The notes: a model not told the origin generated them from the letters alone. DNA of 64,000 nucleotides from Bigelowiella natans CCMP2755 (GCA_000320545.1 ADNK01000452.1:1-64000), one strand, 5' to 3'; shown: positions 13,485 through 28,115, counted from the first letter of the stretch. Numbers and translations are program-made.

Positions 13485-15282
13485 TTACTGATGATCGTGC
13501 CTCATGAAGGTGTCCAAGCTTGATAACAAGCTGTTCTTACCCAGAAGGCCCTTTTGCAAATTTGAATCAAAACCGAGCCCCGTGCTTGATAGTAAGCTAT
13601 CGCCTCCCAGCTCCGCATCGAGAGATGCGCCAAATCCACTGTGTTTCGGGAATTCAAGTTGAGGCCGATTGAGCTGCTGGTGTTTCAGCTGCATTTGTTG
13701 TCGATGACGCAGTTGTTGCTGTTGCTTTTGTTGGCGCTGTTTCTGTAATTGATGGTGCATCATAGGCTCCTTTTTCGCTCTCACTGAGCCCCTCTTTGTT
13801 CTGCTTTCACGCTTTGAAGACCTTCCATCTTTCATACTTTGGGTCTTCCAGACCGTGTCCAGCACTCCCATGCAACTGGGGTTCTGATGGACCCAGAGCA
13901 ATAGACGCGCGGTTTGTTTTGGGTGGAGAATCTTGGACGTGATTTGCTCCAGAATTCCATGGCGTTTTGTGAGGTGCTTCGAAATGTCCTTCTGGAGGGA
14001 GGCTATCTGGCCCATCAGAAAGTCCAAGTCTTTTTTGAGATCGCGAGCACGATTCTTGTGAGAATTGATCTTGTTCAATTGAGTCTTTGTCAATTTAACT
14101 TCGGAGAGCAAACTTTTCATCATATTATCATTTGAAAGCTGGCTCCCTTGTTGAAGCACCCATAGAGCAAATTTTGTGTCCACACCTGGAACCAGACTCT
14201 CTCGAAGGCTTTGTATCTGTTGAGAACAGGCGTCATCATTTTTAACAACAAATAGTTTTAGTCGAAGTAGGGTCACCTGAGACCCACTGGTCTTTTGGCG
14301 TTTTCGGGAATTCGTAGTGAATGCGGAGATACAGCTCTTCATATCTCGCGACACATCCTCACTGTTGGATTTTGCGACAAGCTTCTGAAGCTTTTCCAGG
14401 ATCTTTTGCTGTTCGTTCTTATGGTTCGCCATTCTATCGAAAGCTCCACTCTTCTGGCGCTGATTTTTACGTAATGACTTCGTTTAATATTATTCAAATT
14501 TTTAACTTCATTTCATTTTATTTCGGGAAGAATCAGATTACCTTGTTGCTGAGAGCGGATAGCTGCTCCGAGAGCGCCTTGGCTTTTTCCTCCAAAGATT
14601 GAATATAGGCTTTCTTTCGTTTCCGACACTGTCTTGCTACTTCTGCCTTTCGAGCTTTCCTCTTTTTGATTTTGTCGTTGGAATCACCACTGTCATTGTT
14701 GTCTGCTAATAAAACCACAAACGAAACATCAGCAACTTCCCGTTCGTAGATGTAATAAACCATGGTTTGTCATTTTCTTTTCGATGGTGTTCTACCTTGT
14801 AACTGTTGCAAGTCAGGGCAACTTGAAGAACTCCTTAATCCAAGAGGCTGCTGGGGAGTGGGTCCAGGCTCCCCAACGGAAGCGGCACCTTTCTTTAGTT
14901 TAAGATTTCCAATTTTGTTATCCTGAAAATGGTAGTGCCGTGTCATTTCTGCTTCGCAAACAAAAAATTCTATAAAGATGAGCACCTGTGATTCCATCGT
15001 GTATAGGTCAAAGCTCGAATCTAATTCGTTCAGTACTGCATGGGACATCGAACGCTTCAAACCGGATGTGGGAGGGTTCGAATTAAACAAGGAACGATGC
15101 GCACTCATTGTAAGTGTATCACTTGACGATGGCGGACCAGATAATCGCATATCATCATCAGCTGGTGAAAATAAGGAATTTGATCCCAGGTTATTTGAAT
15201 TGTTAACTGAAGAGTAGTTTTCGCTGGACGGCCCTAAGCCGAGGTGGCCGACGGATGGAGAGAACAGCATCGGGTCGAACAT
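13485..15282 (-). CDS. bZIP transcription factor with C-terminal helical and Gln-rich region (~4 exons)
   Basis: Basic region/zipper KIKKRKARKAEVARQCRKRKKAYIQSLEEKAKALSEQLSAL (~14560-14680). Ser-rich N-terminal exon from ATG 15282; 315-aa terminal ORF ending TAA 13485-13487. Confidence 0.88.
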
Positions 15283-16926
15283 GTTTTAAACCGAGGAAAA
15301 TCTTGAACCCTCAAGGTACAGGACAGTATAGATGATAATACGGAATGCAGGGAAAATTGAATGACAATTTGGACCCAATTGGCTTAGATTCCTTTGAGGA
15401 CTCCGAACAGATGCCAGGTAATTCTCTCTCTCACACAACTCGAATGCTTTCCTCTGCCCCTCCTCTTACGCAGTTGGACTACGATGGAAGTATTTATTGA
15501 AATGCTAGAACCCTCAGATAAAAAATAACGGGAAGGGGAGAGCTGATCTCTGTACAATGAAACGAAGAAAAGGGGGGGGCAGAAGCAGAAGGCTATTTTC
15601 TTCTTCCCTTCTGGGTTTTAAGATTTTGTGTCTTTTCGTTGGTCGTCCAAATTTCCCGAAAATGTTATTTTCTTGGTGCAAAAGTTAGTCGTAAGATATT
15701 TCCATGCTATATTTTGTTAATTCGAATTCGACCCATGCCGTTGGACGTGCATACTTTTTTGCATCAGCGCGACAAGGTACAATTTTTTTTGTTTGTTTAG
15801 ACGTTCTTCATTAAATAGGAGAACAATAATTAAGAGGAATTTGTGTAAATAGATTGCTACAATTTGCCATCAAAATAGAAAAAAACCAGAATACTATGTT
15901 GTCTCATTAATTTATTTGGAATATTTTTGTAAAACTTTCCAGCATATATATTATTTGTAGATCTCAAAATATTTATACCAAATAGACTGAGATTTGCATG
16001 AATATAGGAAATTCCCGGCATTTTCTCTTTTCTTTTCTCTATATGAGCAAAGTAAATGAATCTAGCTTTCAAGTCATTTTAACCCCTACTAAGTCCATGA
16101 AAAATGGTCTAGTTTGTACCAAGTTGATCTAACTTTAGAGTGGATCCTTCTCTCTAAGTTCTCTCGCAAAGTTAAACTAGTTTGAGATATAAATTGTGCG
16201 AGGAAAAAAGGACTCATAGAAAATTCCCCATTGATTTAGCATTAGTTTGTCACATGAAGAAGCTATCTTTTGAAAAAAACTCTATATTTATTCTTGAAAA
16301 GAGGCAATGGAATCCATGAAAATGCTTACAATCAACAGTCAAATCAAAAAGGAAGCCTAAAATAAGTAAGAGTACAACTCTGTTACCAACACTCACGCAC
16401 AACCTTAAAAGCGACTATTTTTAATGAACGCTAACATTGGATTTTTAAAAATACTATAAAACGCATAGATTATTTGATCTATTTTATTTTTGACTGTGCT
16501 GGGTTTTGCCTTTTCACAACCAGAAGAAGTGGCAGATTTCAGCAGCCATAAATTTCCTTTTCTTGTAGATAATCACAGTTACTGCCGGCATTCGGAGGAG
16601 AAAAGACGAAGAAAAGAGAGTTAATGGCATCACGGGCGGGAAGGAAAGGCTCTCTCCCGGAATCTCAGCAAAAGCGCCGACGAATAAATAAAAAATGAAT
16701 TTAATATCTCGGCTAAAATTTGAAGGCCGCAGAAAAATACAATAAGCACAGGATAAATATATCCAAACTAAATTTATCGAAAATCACCAGGAAAAAGTAA
16801 AATTGCATGACATTATTTCACTGCGTCATCGAAAATGTAAGTCGCTTAAGCTTGATCAGAATATTCTCTTGTTTTCGTTGCTCTGAATCCTACAAAATCT
16901 CAACGGCCATCAACCGATTTATCACA

Positions 16927-17666
16927 ATGGCTACTGAACAGGTGCGTCCAGAACCTTCAATCTCAGATGATATATTGACCTTTCCCTCTGCTTTCAGATG
17001 TCATACCGAGAACTCCAAGCTCTAGCTAAGGAACATGGAATTCCTGCAAATCAGAAGAAAGTGATTCTGGTTGAGAAATTAGCGGAACTGGAAAAATCCA
17101 ATAAAGAAAATAAGGAGAAGTCCTCTAACACAGCCCCAGTTAAAAGCAACAAGGTATCGAAAAGCGAGAAGGAACGTTGCGCAAAAAAACTTCCGCGTGA
17201 ATCATTGGGAAAGGAGGTGTGGAAATGGGCAAAAAACGAGGGGGAAGAAGTCCTTAAAGGTTGTGTAATGGCAACTATCAACCAGGTTGAGAAGATGAAC
17301 GAGGATAAGCCGGACATAATCTCCTTCAAAGATTGGAACCTAGAAGAAATGACTAAAAAACCTAAAGAAAACACTCACATTCGATTCGTTTACGATAAAA
17401 ACGGCGAAAAGATCATAGGAGAAGAGAAGGTTGAAGATGAGGATGTAGAGGATGCAAAATATCCTGTGGTTCAGGATGAGCCTGCCGCTGAAGATGAAGA
17501 CGACGAAGAGATCAATGAAACCGTCGAGAGAATGCCAGATCCTCCTGCAGAAACTTTCGAGCCGCGATCGCTTACAGATGCTCGATCACGCGCAAGTGGA
17601 TGTCTTCCTCCAGGATCAATCTCTGTTGAGGGTGCTCCTGGTCCAAATCATAAACGACTCGATTAA
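16927..17666 (+). CDS. small protein with N-terminal SAP-like domain and acidic C-terminal region
   Basis: MATEQ|intron|MSYRELQALAKEHGIPANQKKVILVEKLAELEK resembles a SAP helix-loop-helix; clean 222-codon second exon. Confidence 0.65.
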
Positions 17667-17689
17667 TACCGAAAGCTTATGAGACAATC

Positions 17690-18720
17690 TGCATAGTGTT
17701 TAGTGCTCTATATATATGATAGACCAATAAGGTGCCAAGCAGAGACAGCATTGGCACCTTACACTGGCTGCAGCATTTTATTTAATTAACACCTACAACC
17801 GTGATCACGGGGAGTTAATACACCAGCATTAGATACACGATGTGCTCGTCGTATGTAGCGTACAGCAAGACAATCTAAAGCTGTGCACCCTCACACCGCT
17901 AACATATGTTCGTTGAGTTATGATTCGAGATGAGCGCTACATGAGACGTGCTAGCGTGTACTAAGTATACCGTATGTTGAGGCACTCTCGTCCGCATTTA
18001 TTGATGACTAAGTAGTAGCAGCACACATTACTGCCAGAGTTACTTATGAATCCCGACGCACATGTGTAGTTATAGGTACATATGAACTACATGATGTACA
18101 CATGAAGTAGACGGCATACACGTATAGGGACATTTATGTCCATATAAGCAGTCTGGGCATACAGAGTCAACTAAGAGCGTGAATAATACAACATGTCTGA
18201 TGAGACCTACGTATACACAACAACATTGTTCTGCTAACGACAATGCTAGAATGATGCGGCGATGCGGCATGCTAGCTAGCTAGCATGGCTTGCTTGCCAA
18301 ATGAGCAAGCTATCATCTAGTCATGTTTACATTATTATCGTTGATGTCACGTCGCCAGCGGAAGTCTAGAAGTCAGCAGACTAGCAGACGCCATGCTAGC
18401 TAGCTAGCATGTAGCTAGCATGCTAAAATGCTAGTATTCTCCTGCAAGCCTGCTAGCCTGGTTGTTGTTGCATGCTAGCATGCATGTATTCGTTTAATTG
18501 CTACTGCAGCAACCAGCATCTAGGCATACATATCTAGCACTAGCTAGACTAGAGCATATTTACGTCTTAGAATATCTTAAGGACGGGTGGGAAGCAGCAA
18601 ACAAACTAGCAAAGCTAGAAAGGCCTTCCTAGCTCCGGTGTATAGCTAGATAGGTGGGGTTCATCCAGACTAGCAGAACCGATCAACAATAAACAATAAA
18701 CCTGTAGTCTAGCATGTTAA
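17690..18720. other. CTAG/CATG-rich block between convergent genes (SAP + / NHL -)
   Basis: e.g. gctagctagctagcatggc (18271), ccatgctagctagctagcatgtagctagcatgc (18391). Confidence 0.75.
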
Positions 18721-18742
18721 AAGTACAATTTTCATCATCATA

Positions 18743-19824
18743 TCATTCATAAATTTCAACTCTATTCAAGCCTGTGTTGAATTGGCGGGTTCCGGTTTTC
18801 GGTTTATCCTTAAAGAGGACTTGCCTATGACGCATCTCATCTGGTGCATCTACGTAACCAATACCCCGTTCAGCTCTCTTGCGCCTCATTTTCTTCCTAT
18901 AACGGGCCCTGCGGTAGCGTGTTCCAGACTTCAACTTTTTGTCCCTGCGCATCATCCACGCCAAATCATCCGGGCGCAGCTTAGTCGAGTCAATGGCTCC
19001 CTCAGTTGGTAGTGCGTCAACTTCTACACCGGCGGCATTGTCGTCATATTCATCATCGTCTGAGCTTGCACCCTCCTGTAGCTCCTCGTCGTGCGCTCCC
19101 TGCAGATGTTTGGAGAAAGAGCGCGAGCGCATCTTTATCTTACGTATTTTGTGGTTTCGCATGTCGCACGCATACACGATGCCGGAAGGGTGCGCTGCTA
19201 ATCCAGCAGGCATGTTGAACTTAGCGTGTTGCCCGACGCCGTCGTGCCACCCGCGGGAGAAGTTTCCGCCTAAATATACGTTCGTTCAGTCAAATCGTCA
19301 ACTTGTCCATGTACACGAAAACAACCGCTGCGCCTTACATCCATACCCCCTTCCCTTCGAGCTTACCCCCATCCTTTTATCTAATCCAATTCCCTAGGTA
19401 CCTTTCGGGGGACGGCCGGCAAGACAGTGCATAGCACCGTCAACGCCAATCTTCCAAATTGCATGACGGAGGCTATCGGAGACGATGATGTCACGAGTCC
19501 CGTTCACTACAGTTACGCCTGCTTGCCGTATCATTGCGCCGTGTCGATTCCTTTGAATCTTGTCGTGGTACGTTGTATTTAGTTCACTTTTCTGCCCAAG
19601 AATCTCCAGCTTCGTGCCCATGATCTCCTCTGTGTTGAACCCGGGCTTCACCCGTATAACCTGATCTATTGAAGCCGCAACAAGACTACTATCGTGCGGA
19701 TCAAAAGCTAAACCGTAAGGGCAATAAAAGTTGGATTTCTGTGACGTGTTCTTCTGCATCGCGAGGGCACGGAGGTCATACCTAAGTTAAAAGACAGACC
19801 GGTACCATGAGCGACAAATGTGCG

Positions 19825-19861
<37 letters not shown>

Positions 19862-21217
19862 GGGGGGGAGAGAGAGTTACGCATTCGAGAATATAACACA
19901 TGAACTTTTCCATCCTCGTCCTCCCCAAGAATCAACATAGATGACATGTCACTAGAGTGGACATTCAAAATTGCATTTGCGGTCAAAACGTACAATCGGG
20001 GTGTCGCAGGGAGCCATTGTCTCGAAGACTCCTCCAGCCTCTTCACAACTCCGTCGGTTGCATCAATAGCAAAGATGTTGCCTTGGCCGTCACTCGTGAT
20101 GCCCAGCGGAGAGATACCAGGGAATTCGTCCGAGCTCCTGACGTTGAAGAGCAAGCCACCCTCTGCGTGCCCGCCCTCCCACACGTCCTCGTCCTTCACG
20201 GGGACAGGATGTGATTCGATTTTGTACCGAATCACGCTGGTCACCATCGAAACAAAGATCTCCCCCTTGTGGTTAACCGTTAGGGAACGACACCGTCCGA
20301 GGGGGGTCGGAAGCTTGATCGTGGCTCGCGTGCGGCCGTCGTTGGAGATGCGCAGGATCTGCGTCCCGGAGCCCTTCTCGACCGAATCGAGGATGAAGAC
20401 ATCCGACGTGTTGTGGTGATCCACGGCGACATCCTGCGGGAAGCTGTCAAACTCGATGTAAGTGGCCTTCTTGGTGCTCATCGTTTTGCCGTAGTAGCCC
20501 GTGATGAGTCGCTTGCGAGTCGTCACCTTTGTGTACGTGGTGACAAAGGGGGAGACCGCTTTGGAGATGATCGCCTGCCCCTTGAGGACGGAGCTGCCGG
20601 CTCCTTCTACTTCAAATCTGCAAACAGACTCCATGGCCTCACGCAGGAACACCGGGAGTGGCACTTCACCACGAAGCTCATTGATCACACGATCGCCGCC
20701 GCCGCCCTGAATATCGTCTGCGCCATCCCGTCGTTCCATCGTCGAGGAGAGAAACAAGATCGAGAGCTCGGGGACTTGCAGTGACCAGAGCTGAGAGAAC
20801 ACAGACCTCAGGTCCAGCCGCACGTCTCCCACCACAAAAAATGAGGATGACGACGCCGCCGCCGGTGAGGAGGGATGCTGATTCTCCGCGTCGTCATGTT
20901 CGGTACGACGAGAAAGCGCCACAGTAACCGTCTTGGAGAACCCTTGATGCGTAGCCAATGTGGTCGCCGTCGGAGTGGCTTCTGTGCCTCCTCCAAGACT
21001 AATGTTGCCTGCACTGAGTTCCAACCCCACTGCGTAGCTGTGAGAGTCGCCGCCACCGCTAGGCTGACGGTGATAAAGTGCTGCTGCTGCGGTGGCTTTC
21101 TGCACATGAAATGCCACCTTTATTTGAATGGCGGTCACTCCTCGTGCTATCAGTGAGCGGAAACTCTCAAGGATGCTGCTGTGCTGCAGCGATAATGATG
21201 ATGCCTATAATATGTGC

Positions 21218-21253
<36 letters not shown>

Positions 21254-24200
21254 ATTCTGTGCCCTTATTTTCTGAAAGTGTGCAGTATGCGACCCATACG
21301 ACCACGCTGCTAATGGCTGACTGAGTTAAAATAGTTGTTTTCACGTTCTTCCATCTAGCGCCCCACCTGGCTTGATGCTGCTTCTACGGCTGAAGGAGGG
21401 TTACTGCCTAAATATCCTTGGCTCCGCATCTCTACGATAATCTTGTCATAGTCGGCGTTAGCGTCGCGCGTTTTATACAACGACAGCACATGTTCCCAGC
21501 TGAGTCCCTCACTCGCAGGGCATCCAACAATGCCGCAGAAACTTGTGTACCTATATCACAGGCACACAAGTAATATACAGCAGCAGGAAAGAAGACTGCA
21601 CTCAATCTCAAGAACGGGATACCCATAAGAAGGTGCGTGCGTGTGCGCATAGAGAAGGTAGGCGTCAGGAAACATGCCTTTTTTGTACTCTCTCTATGGT
21701 GAATGCCAGCCTGTACAAGCAGAGTGTCCCATCACCTTTCACGTGTAAGACGCATGCTTTGCATGAGCTTGAACCAGTGCGTGAGGTCTTCGAAACCCCA
21801 CTTTCCATCCTCGTCCTGATCCATGTATTCGAAGATGAGCTCCAGCACTTTGTATCTCAGTGCGGCCCCTTCGTCTCTGCTCTTGCCGTCCGCCCTCACA
21901 TGCTCTGCGACTCCGCCCTTGCTCACCTGACGAGGAGGGGGAATAGGAATAGGAGGGGGAGAGGAGGGAAGGGGGTGGTTCTATTAGAACAATAAGAATA
22001 CGACAGGGCCACAGTGGGAGGCAGCATAGGAGCTGAGAGCATTACGCAATTAATAATTGTGGAGAATGATAGTGCCATCACAACCCTCCTGATGTCTCTC
22101 TCTGCTCTTCATATCTCTCACATCAATAATAGCTCTCCTTTCATTCATTCCATCCATTAAATTAACAAGCCACGGGCAACCTCGTCGGCCGTATCCTGAG
22201 CTGTCTCCACCCCTGTCTCCCCCCCGCCCCCGCCCCCCCAGCCATCACCAGCCTTCAAACGCATGCCAGTGGCGGCGGTATCATCATTTTCGGTGGCCTG
22301 GGCGGCGTCGTCGGTCATTTGATCTGTTGGCTCATCGTACACTGGATTTCCCGTGTCTCCCACTACCCCCTGTCGCCTCTGCATGGCAAAGGGAATGCCA
22401 GCGTTGCTTACTTCATCCCCGAGCGCGGCGGGATCATCCTTTTGGTGACCCATCTTGGAGTAGTAGTGTTCTCTGAGGAGATTTTCCTGCTTCTCTCGGT
22501 CTTGGCGCCGCTGCCGTTCCTCCGCCTCGCGCTGTTTTTTTGCAGCTGCTTCTCGCTCCTTGATGAGGTCCTTATACCTAAAAATGCATGCATACGTATG
22601 CGCGATGATGATGATGATGATGATGATGAGGATGATGATGACGATGACGATTTATGGCGGTGGCGGAAACAGTCGTCCAATACACCTGTCTACAGCACCT
22701 GGAAATCCCCCCCTTCCCCCTACCATAAAGCAATGGATATTGCTACAGCTGCTTGATTTTCCTACTCACACTATCGCCGTTGCTGCTGCTACTACAGTCT
22801 ACTGCTGCACGCACGTTTTGCGCTCCGAAACGAGCTTATCGTCGTCGCGGGTCTTGGCCTCCATGTCATTCTGGTCGAAGAAAGTGACGGGGTGGTGCGT
22901 GAGATTGAGCCAGTTCATTTTCACCATCGCCTGCTTCCTCCGCATCTGCATCATTTCAGCACGCCGGCCCCGGGCGCTTTTGGCGAGGGCGAGCGCCTCT
23001 TTCTGCCTCTTCTTCTCCGACTCCTCTATTTGGGGTGCCTGTTGCTTGTACACGCGCTCGATCTCACGCTTCGCGTCCAGCTCCAGCTTCAATGTTCCCC
23101 TGCGCGTAGGGTCAGTCAGCAGCTCACGTGCCGTAAGCGAGTCGTTCTTCGCATGCCGCAACGCAAGTTGAATCAAATCCGCGTCCAAATTATCGAACTG
23201 ATGATAGATTAAAGACGGCGTTGCATTAGGCAACGGCTACATGAGGAGGGGGGAGCAAAAGGATTGACGACGAGAGGAGGAAGCGTGGAACTCTACTTTT
23301 ACCACCGCTAAACAAGCAAAGTTACCTGCTTTTCGAGGGGAAGACTTTGGCGCCTCTCCTCCTCCTCCTGCTGCTTCATAACTCTCAGCTCCATCTCGAT
23401 GTCCATGACCTCGCGCTTATCCTGCAGCTGGAAGAGCGTTTGCTGGACGTTGTTGCGATTTCGACCCAGTGCGAGCCGTATCACCTCCAGTGGAACGTTC
23501 TTCAGCTGATCCTGCAGCTTCGTGGCGATGTTGTCGTCGTGGCTGCCGTTGTCGGTGTTGTCGCCTACGTTTCCAGCGCCTCCTCGATCTGCAATTGATG
23601 GTCGATGGTTAGCGTTTCGATGATCTGGAGGTCCTTCCGTGTGAGGAGCGACACCAGCAACGCCTTCTTTTCCCTCGGCGCCCAATCCTCCACGACCGCC
23701 CCTCCCCCCTTCTTCGGCGGCTTGCGCTGCGGCGGCTTTGATGCTAGCGCTAGAAATGACGCCTCCGTGCTTGGACTTGGCCTCCTTGAGTGCGTTCAGG
23801 ATGGCCATAGCTCGGCCTGTGTGTGTGTGTGTGTGTGTGTACGTGTGTGTACGTGTGTGTTTCAGCAGGAACAACATCAGTGTGGGCATGCACATACTTT
23901 GCTGTACTTCCAATCACTTACTTTGTGGATGCTGCTGCTTCTCGCTACTAGCATCAAATTGTCGTCGGTCCGCAACAACGGTGGCCTCGGAGGTCGATGG
24001 TCCCTCTCTTGCTTGCTCTACTTTCGGCGGCGCATGAGACGAAAATGACGATGACAGCGTCTGTTCCTCCTCGTTCGTGTTTTGCTGTAGTTGTGGGCCT
24101 CTTTCATCATCATCATTAGGATCTTCTTTTTCTCTTTCCCGTTCTTCTCCACCCTCCACTGCCAGCTTTCCTTGAAGCTGAGGGGAATTCGTTTGTTGCT

Positions 24201-24881
24201 GGTTCTTCCGAAGTGAGAGTTTCTGTTTCGCTTTGGCGATTGCCTCGGCGATAATGCTGCTCCGTGGCGGCGGCTGCTGCTGCTGGTGCTTTCCAGGGGC
24301 ATGAGACCCCGACACTATTACTGCTGCTGCAGCTCCATCATCACATCGCTTCGCCTTTATAGTTGGTATCAGATGATCATGATATTCCTTAGTCATACTA
24401 TCATCATTATCTTTATCATCATCATTATCATCATCATTATCATCGTCACCATCATTTTCCTCCGCACCACCCTTCATCACAATCTTGACCGTCGTCGTCG
24501 TCGTCGTAGTCTCACGCATCAAGCGTCATACATACCGGCTCTTTCGCGGTGGGGTCCTGTTTGCTGTTTCCTCCGCTTTCCTCCTCCCTAATAGTTCGCA
24601 TTGGAGCGAAATGTCAGAGGATACACTGGGAGAAGTCAATTGAGGGGAAAACAGAGCAAGGAGGAGGGAGCGTTCGCTCTTTGCACGCATGCAGCAAACG
24701 ATTGCTCACCGTTGACGCCTTGCTTCTCGCAGCATTTGAAGATGCTTATGGAATGTATCGACATAAGATGGGGAACTGTCGCCGGCCCCTTTGCTACGAC
24801 TGCTTTTAAGGTTAGTATCAGCATCGCGTTGCCGTCCATTGCTGTACGTATTCTCTGTTTGATCTCCTGGGACAGCCTCCA

Positions 24882-24915
<34 letters not shown>

Positions 24916-26081
24916 CCCTGGATTCTTCCTCCTCTCGTCTTCTTCCTCGCTGCTTAACCCATCCTCATTCAGCAGCTTTCTCGGTGCTTGCCAGCCGTGC
25001 GTGTTCAGGTATTTACTGGCACGATCATAGGCCTGGATGACATCAAGCACACAAGTAAGGGAGGAGCGGTTAGGCAATCGGTGGGGGTGGTGGTGGTGGT
25101 GGTGGTCGTCGTTGTTGTTGTAGTCGTCGTACAACTCTCTTATTCATTCCGTTTCAAAATGATCTTCTTCTATCTAAAGAGTTGTTGTTGTTGCTGCTGC
25201 TGCTATTGCTGTTTCTGTTGGCGTCTCTCGTCGCCCTCTTCGTTTTCAGGATGCAGCGAACGACCACCGCCACCACCTTTTCGATGACGCTGCCGGCTCT
25301 CTCCATAAACAGCTGCGGCTTCGACACATGCGAGTAGTAGATTCCTAAGGGGGGTGGTAAGGGACATCGCAGCAGCACCCGGCTCGTTGAGAATGCAAGA
25401 TGGCGATCATTGGCAATATTAAGCTCGATTCGTCATTTGCGGCTTTCGCGGGGAGGGAAGCAATCAAATCAAACCACGCTCGGCGCTCCAAGCTACCTTG
25501 CGTTGTCCGTCGAATGTAGAGATGGTGGAGCACAGCAGCCACTCGCCCGCGCAAAAAGGTGTCGCCCTCCTGGGTTCAGGGTATGATTGCATGAGAACAC
25601 TCCTCAGGGTAATCGCAACGACGACTCTAGAGAAGAGGCATGCGCTGTTGCCTATTGCTGAGCGCCTGGCCAAGCATTTAGAATTGCGTTTGGTGTGCGT
25701 GCGAGCGACCTGGAAGTAGTTTTTGATGGGAACGTGTGCCTTCTCGACGATGATGTCATAGATCATTGCCGAGAGGTTTCTCATGGCGCTGTTGGGGTGC
25801 AGGCCGTGATAGCGCACGAGCAAGTTGAAACCCGCGGCCTCGACCGCCCTGATTGGTGATGGTGACGGTGATCAAGAATACGGTGAGTTTATTAGCTGAT
25901 GGCAGCAGCAGTAATGACTTTGATGTCCGCGAAAGCAGATGATGGTAAATTATTGCTATCCACAATTATACCGACCGGCGCCGATAAGTAGATAAATAAC
26001 AAGGCACTATCCCATAGGAAACACAGAGAAACTTTCGTCATCAACACTGCTGCCATTATTGATTCACAGCCTACTGTCCTC

Positions 26082-26116
<35 letters not shown>

Positions 26117-26800
26117 TATTTATGGGCGGTCGTTCTTCTCTGCGGCTATTATTACCTGTCGTTTCGCCTCTCGATCTCGGGTGCATTGTGGTCTATGCCC
26201 TCCTCCTTATCTTGATCGTACTTCGATGTGGATCTTCCCTCCATCCTCTTTTCCCTCTCCCTCTCCCTCCGTTTCTTCCTCTTCTCTTTCGATGTTATCT
26301 TCTCCGTCCTGCTCTTTTTCCGGCTGCTGCTGCTGCTGCTGCGGCCGTGTTTTGTCCTTCGGCTTTCCTTCCTCTTCCGCTCCCTCGTGCTAGTGCGCCG
26401 GGCGGCTGCAGTTCTCCCCCCCCTCTCCTTTCTCCTCCGTCGACGGTGGGTATTCTTCCTGCGGCCATCAACGCTGCTACCTTCGGTCGACGAAGAGGAA
26501 GAAGAAGATGATGATGAGGAGGAGGATGATGAGGAGGAGGAATAATAAGAAGAAGAAGAGCCTGAAGAGGAATAATAGGATGACGATGATGATGACGAGG
26601 AAGAGGAAGAGGAGGACGAGGAGGATGCCGTATCCGAAGCTGATCCTTCGGGGCTGCGGCTACTACTTCTGAGGTCGGCATATAAACATACATTCCAGGA
26701 ATAAAACCATGAGAAATAAGAACATCATCGAATAGCAAAACAAGTAGTTGTCGAGAAGATTCAAGTTCCCCGTACTTACGACTCCATAGTGCCGGTATTG

Positions 26801-26831
<31 letters not shown>

Positions 26832-28115
26832 CAGTGGTGATGGTAGTGGTGGTAGATGTTGTTGGTGATGATAATCGTGATAGTGGTGGCGGGATGGCCT
26901 TGCTTCCTCACCCGGTGCTGCTATGTAGATCGCTGTCGTCGTAGTCGTCGACCGCTACATAGCCTGATGATGAAGAAGAAGTAATAGAGGCACATCATTA
27001 CTCCCTGTACCTACAATGCTAACGAGGTCTTTCTTTCTTTTCTTTTCTTCTCTTCTCTTCTCTTCTTCTCAATTGTGCTCTGACCTTGCTGCGGCTTATT
27101 GTCCTTCTTCTTCTTGTCCTTTCTGAAGGCGTTTCTTCTCTTCGCTCTCTTTGCGCTCGTCCCCTCCTCCCTCTTTCTCTTCTTCTCCTCGCGCATTCTG
27201 GAGAGACGCGTCTCCCTTGTTTCTGTCTTGGCCACCTTTATCAAGCAGACAGAGGAGAAGGATGAGGAGGGAGGAGGGGAAGGAGACTGTTAAAATATTG
27301 TTTTCATTCTTCTCTCGTGACGAAGGCTCCCTTAGGGTAAGACTTCATATTTTAATGTTATAAATTTGAAATGTTTCGACAAGAAGGCACAACATAAGGC
27401 CGTTTCGCTTGCTGCTGCTGCTGCTGCTGCTGCTGCGCGGCGATGGTCGGTACGGGTATCTTGAATAGCACTCTAAATGGCTTTCCCACAGCTTTCAACG
27501 CCTACAGAAGCCATCATCATCAGCATTCATTATAAGAAGACATAATAATATTCAAACAGCGAAGCTACTAAGGAACACCAACTACTACTCACGGTAGCTA
27601 TGCTATGTGCGCACTGCTGTTTTCTCGCATCATCTGCTCTGCGTCCACCTCCTCCTCCTCCTCCTCCTCCTCCTCCTCTCCCCCTCCCTCCACTAGTTGT
27701 ACCATGCTTGCTAACCACTACCAAATTTATCACGACCGACCTCAAATGTGTGTGCCACATCCAAACGCTCCATGTCGGCGATGTAGGCATCATCGTCAAT
27801 GCGCACCATCGTCCAGCCCGGTCTCACGCCCAGCTTCTCGGAGAGGCTGCCTGGGGACACACTGGATATCTTTCCGTCCTCTCCATAACCGAGGCCAAGC
27901 TTGTATTGTGACACCGACGGGGGAGCAACAGCAAAGCCTTTCATGGAAGGACTGTTCCAATCGATCTCCTCCCCACCATAGCCTTCGGTGCCCTTCAACG
28001 GGATGGGGAGAGAAGAAAACGATGAAGATGAATGGTTGCAGAAAAGGCTACTTTCACCGCAACTACAGGCAGACTCGCACTGATGTTACACTTTTACCAT
28101 TACTAACTATACTAT

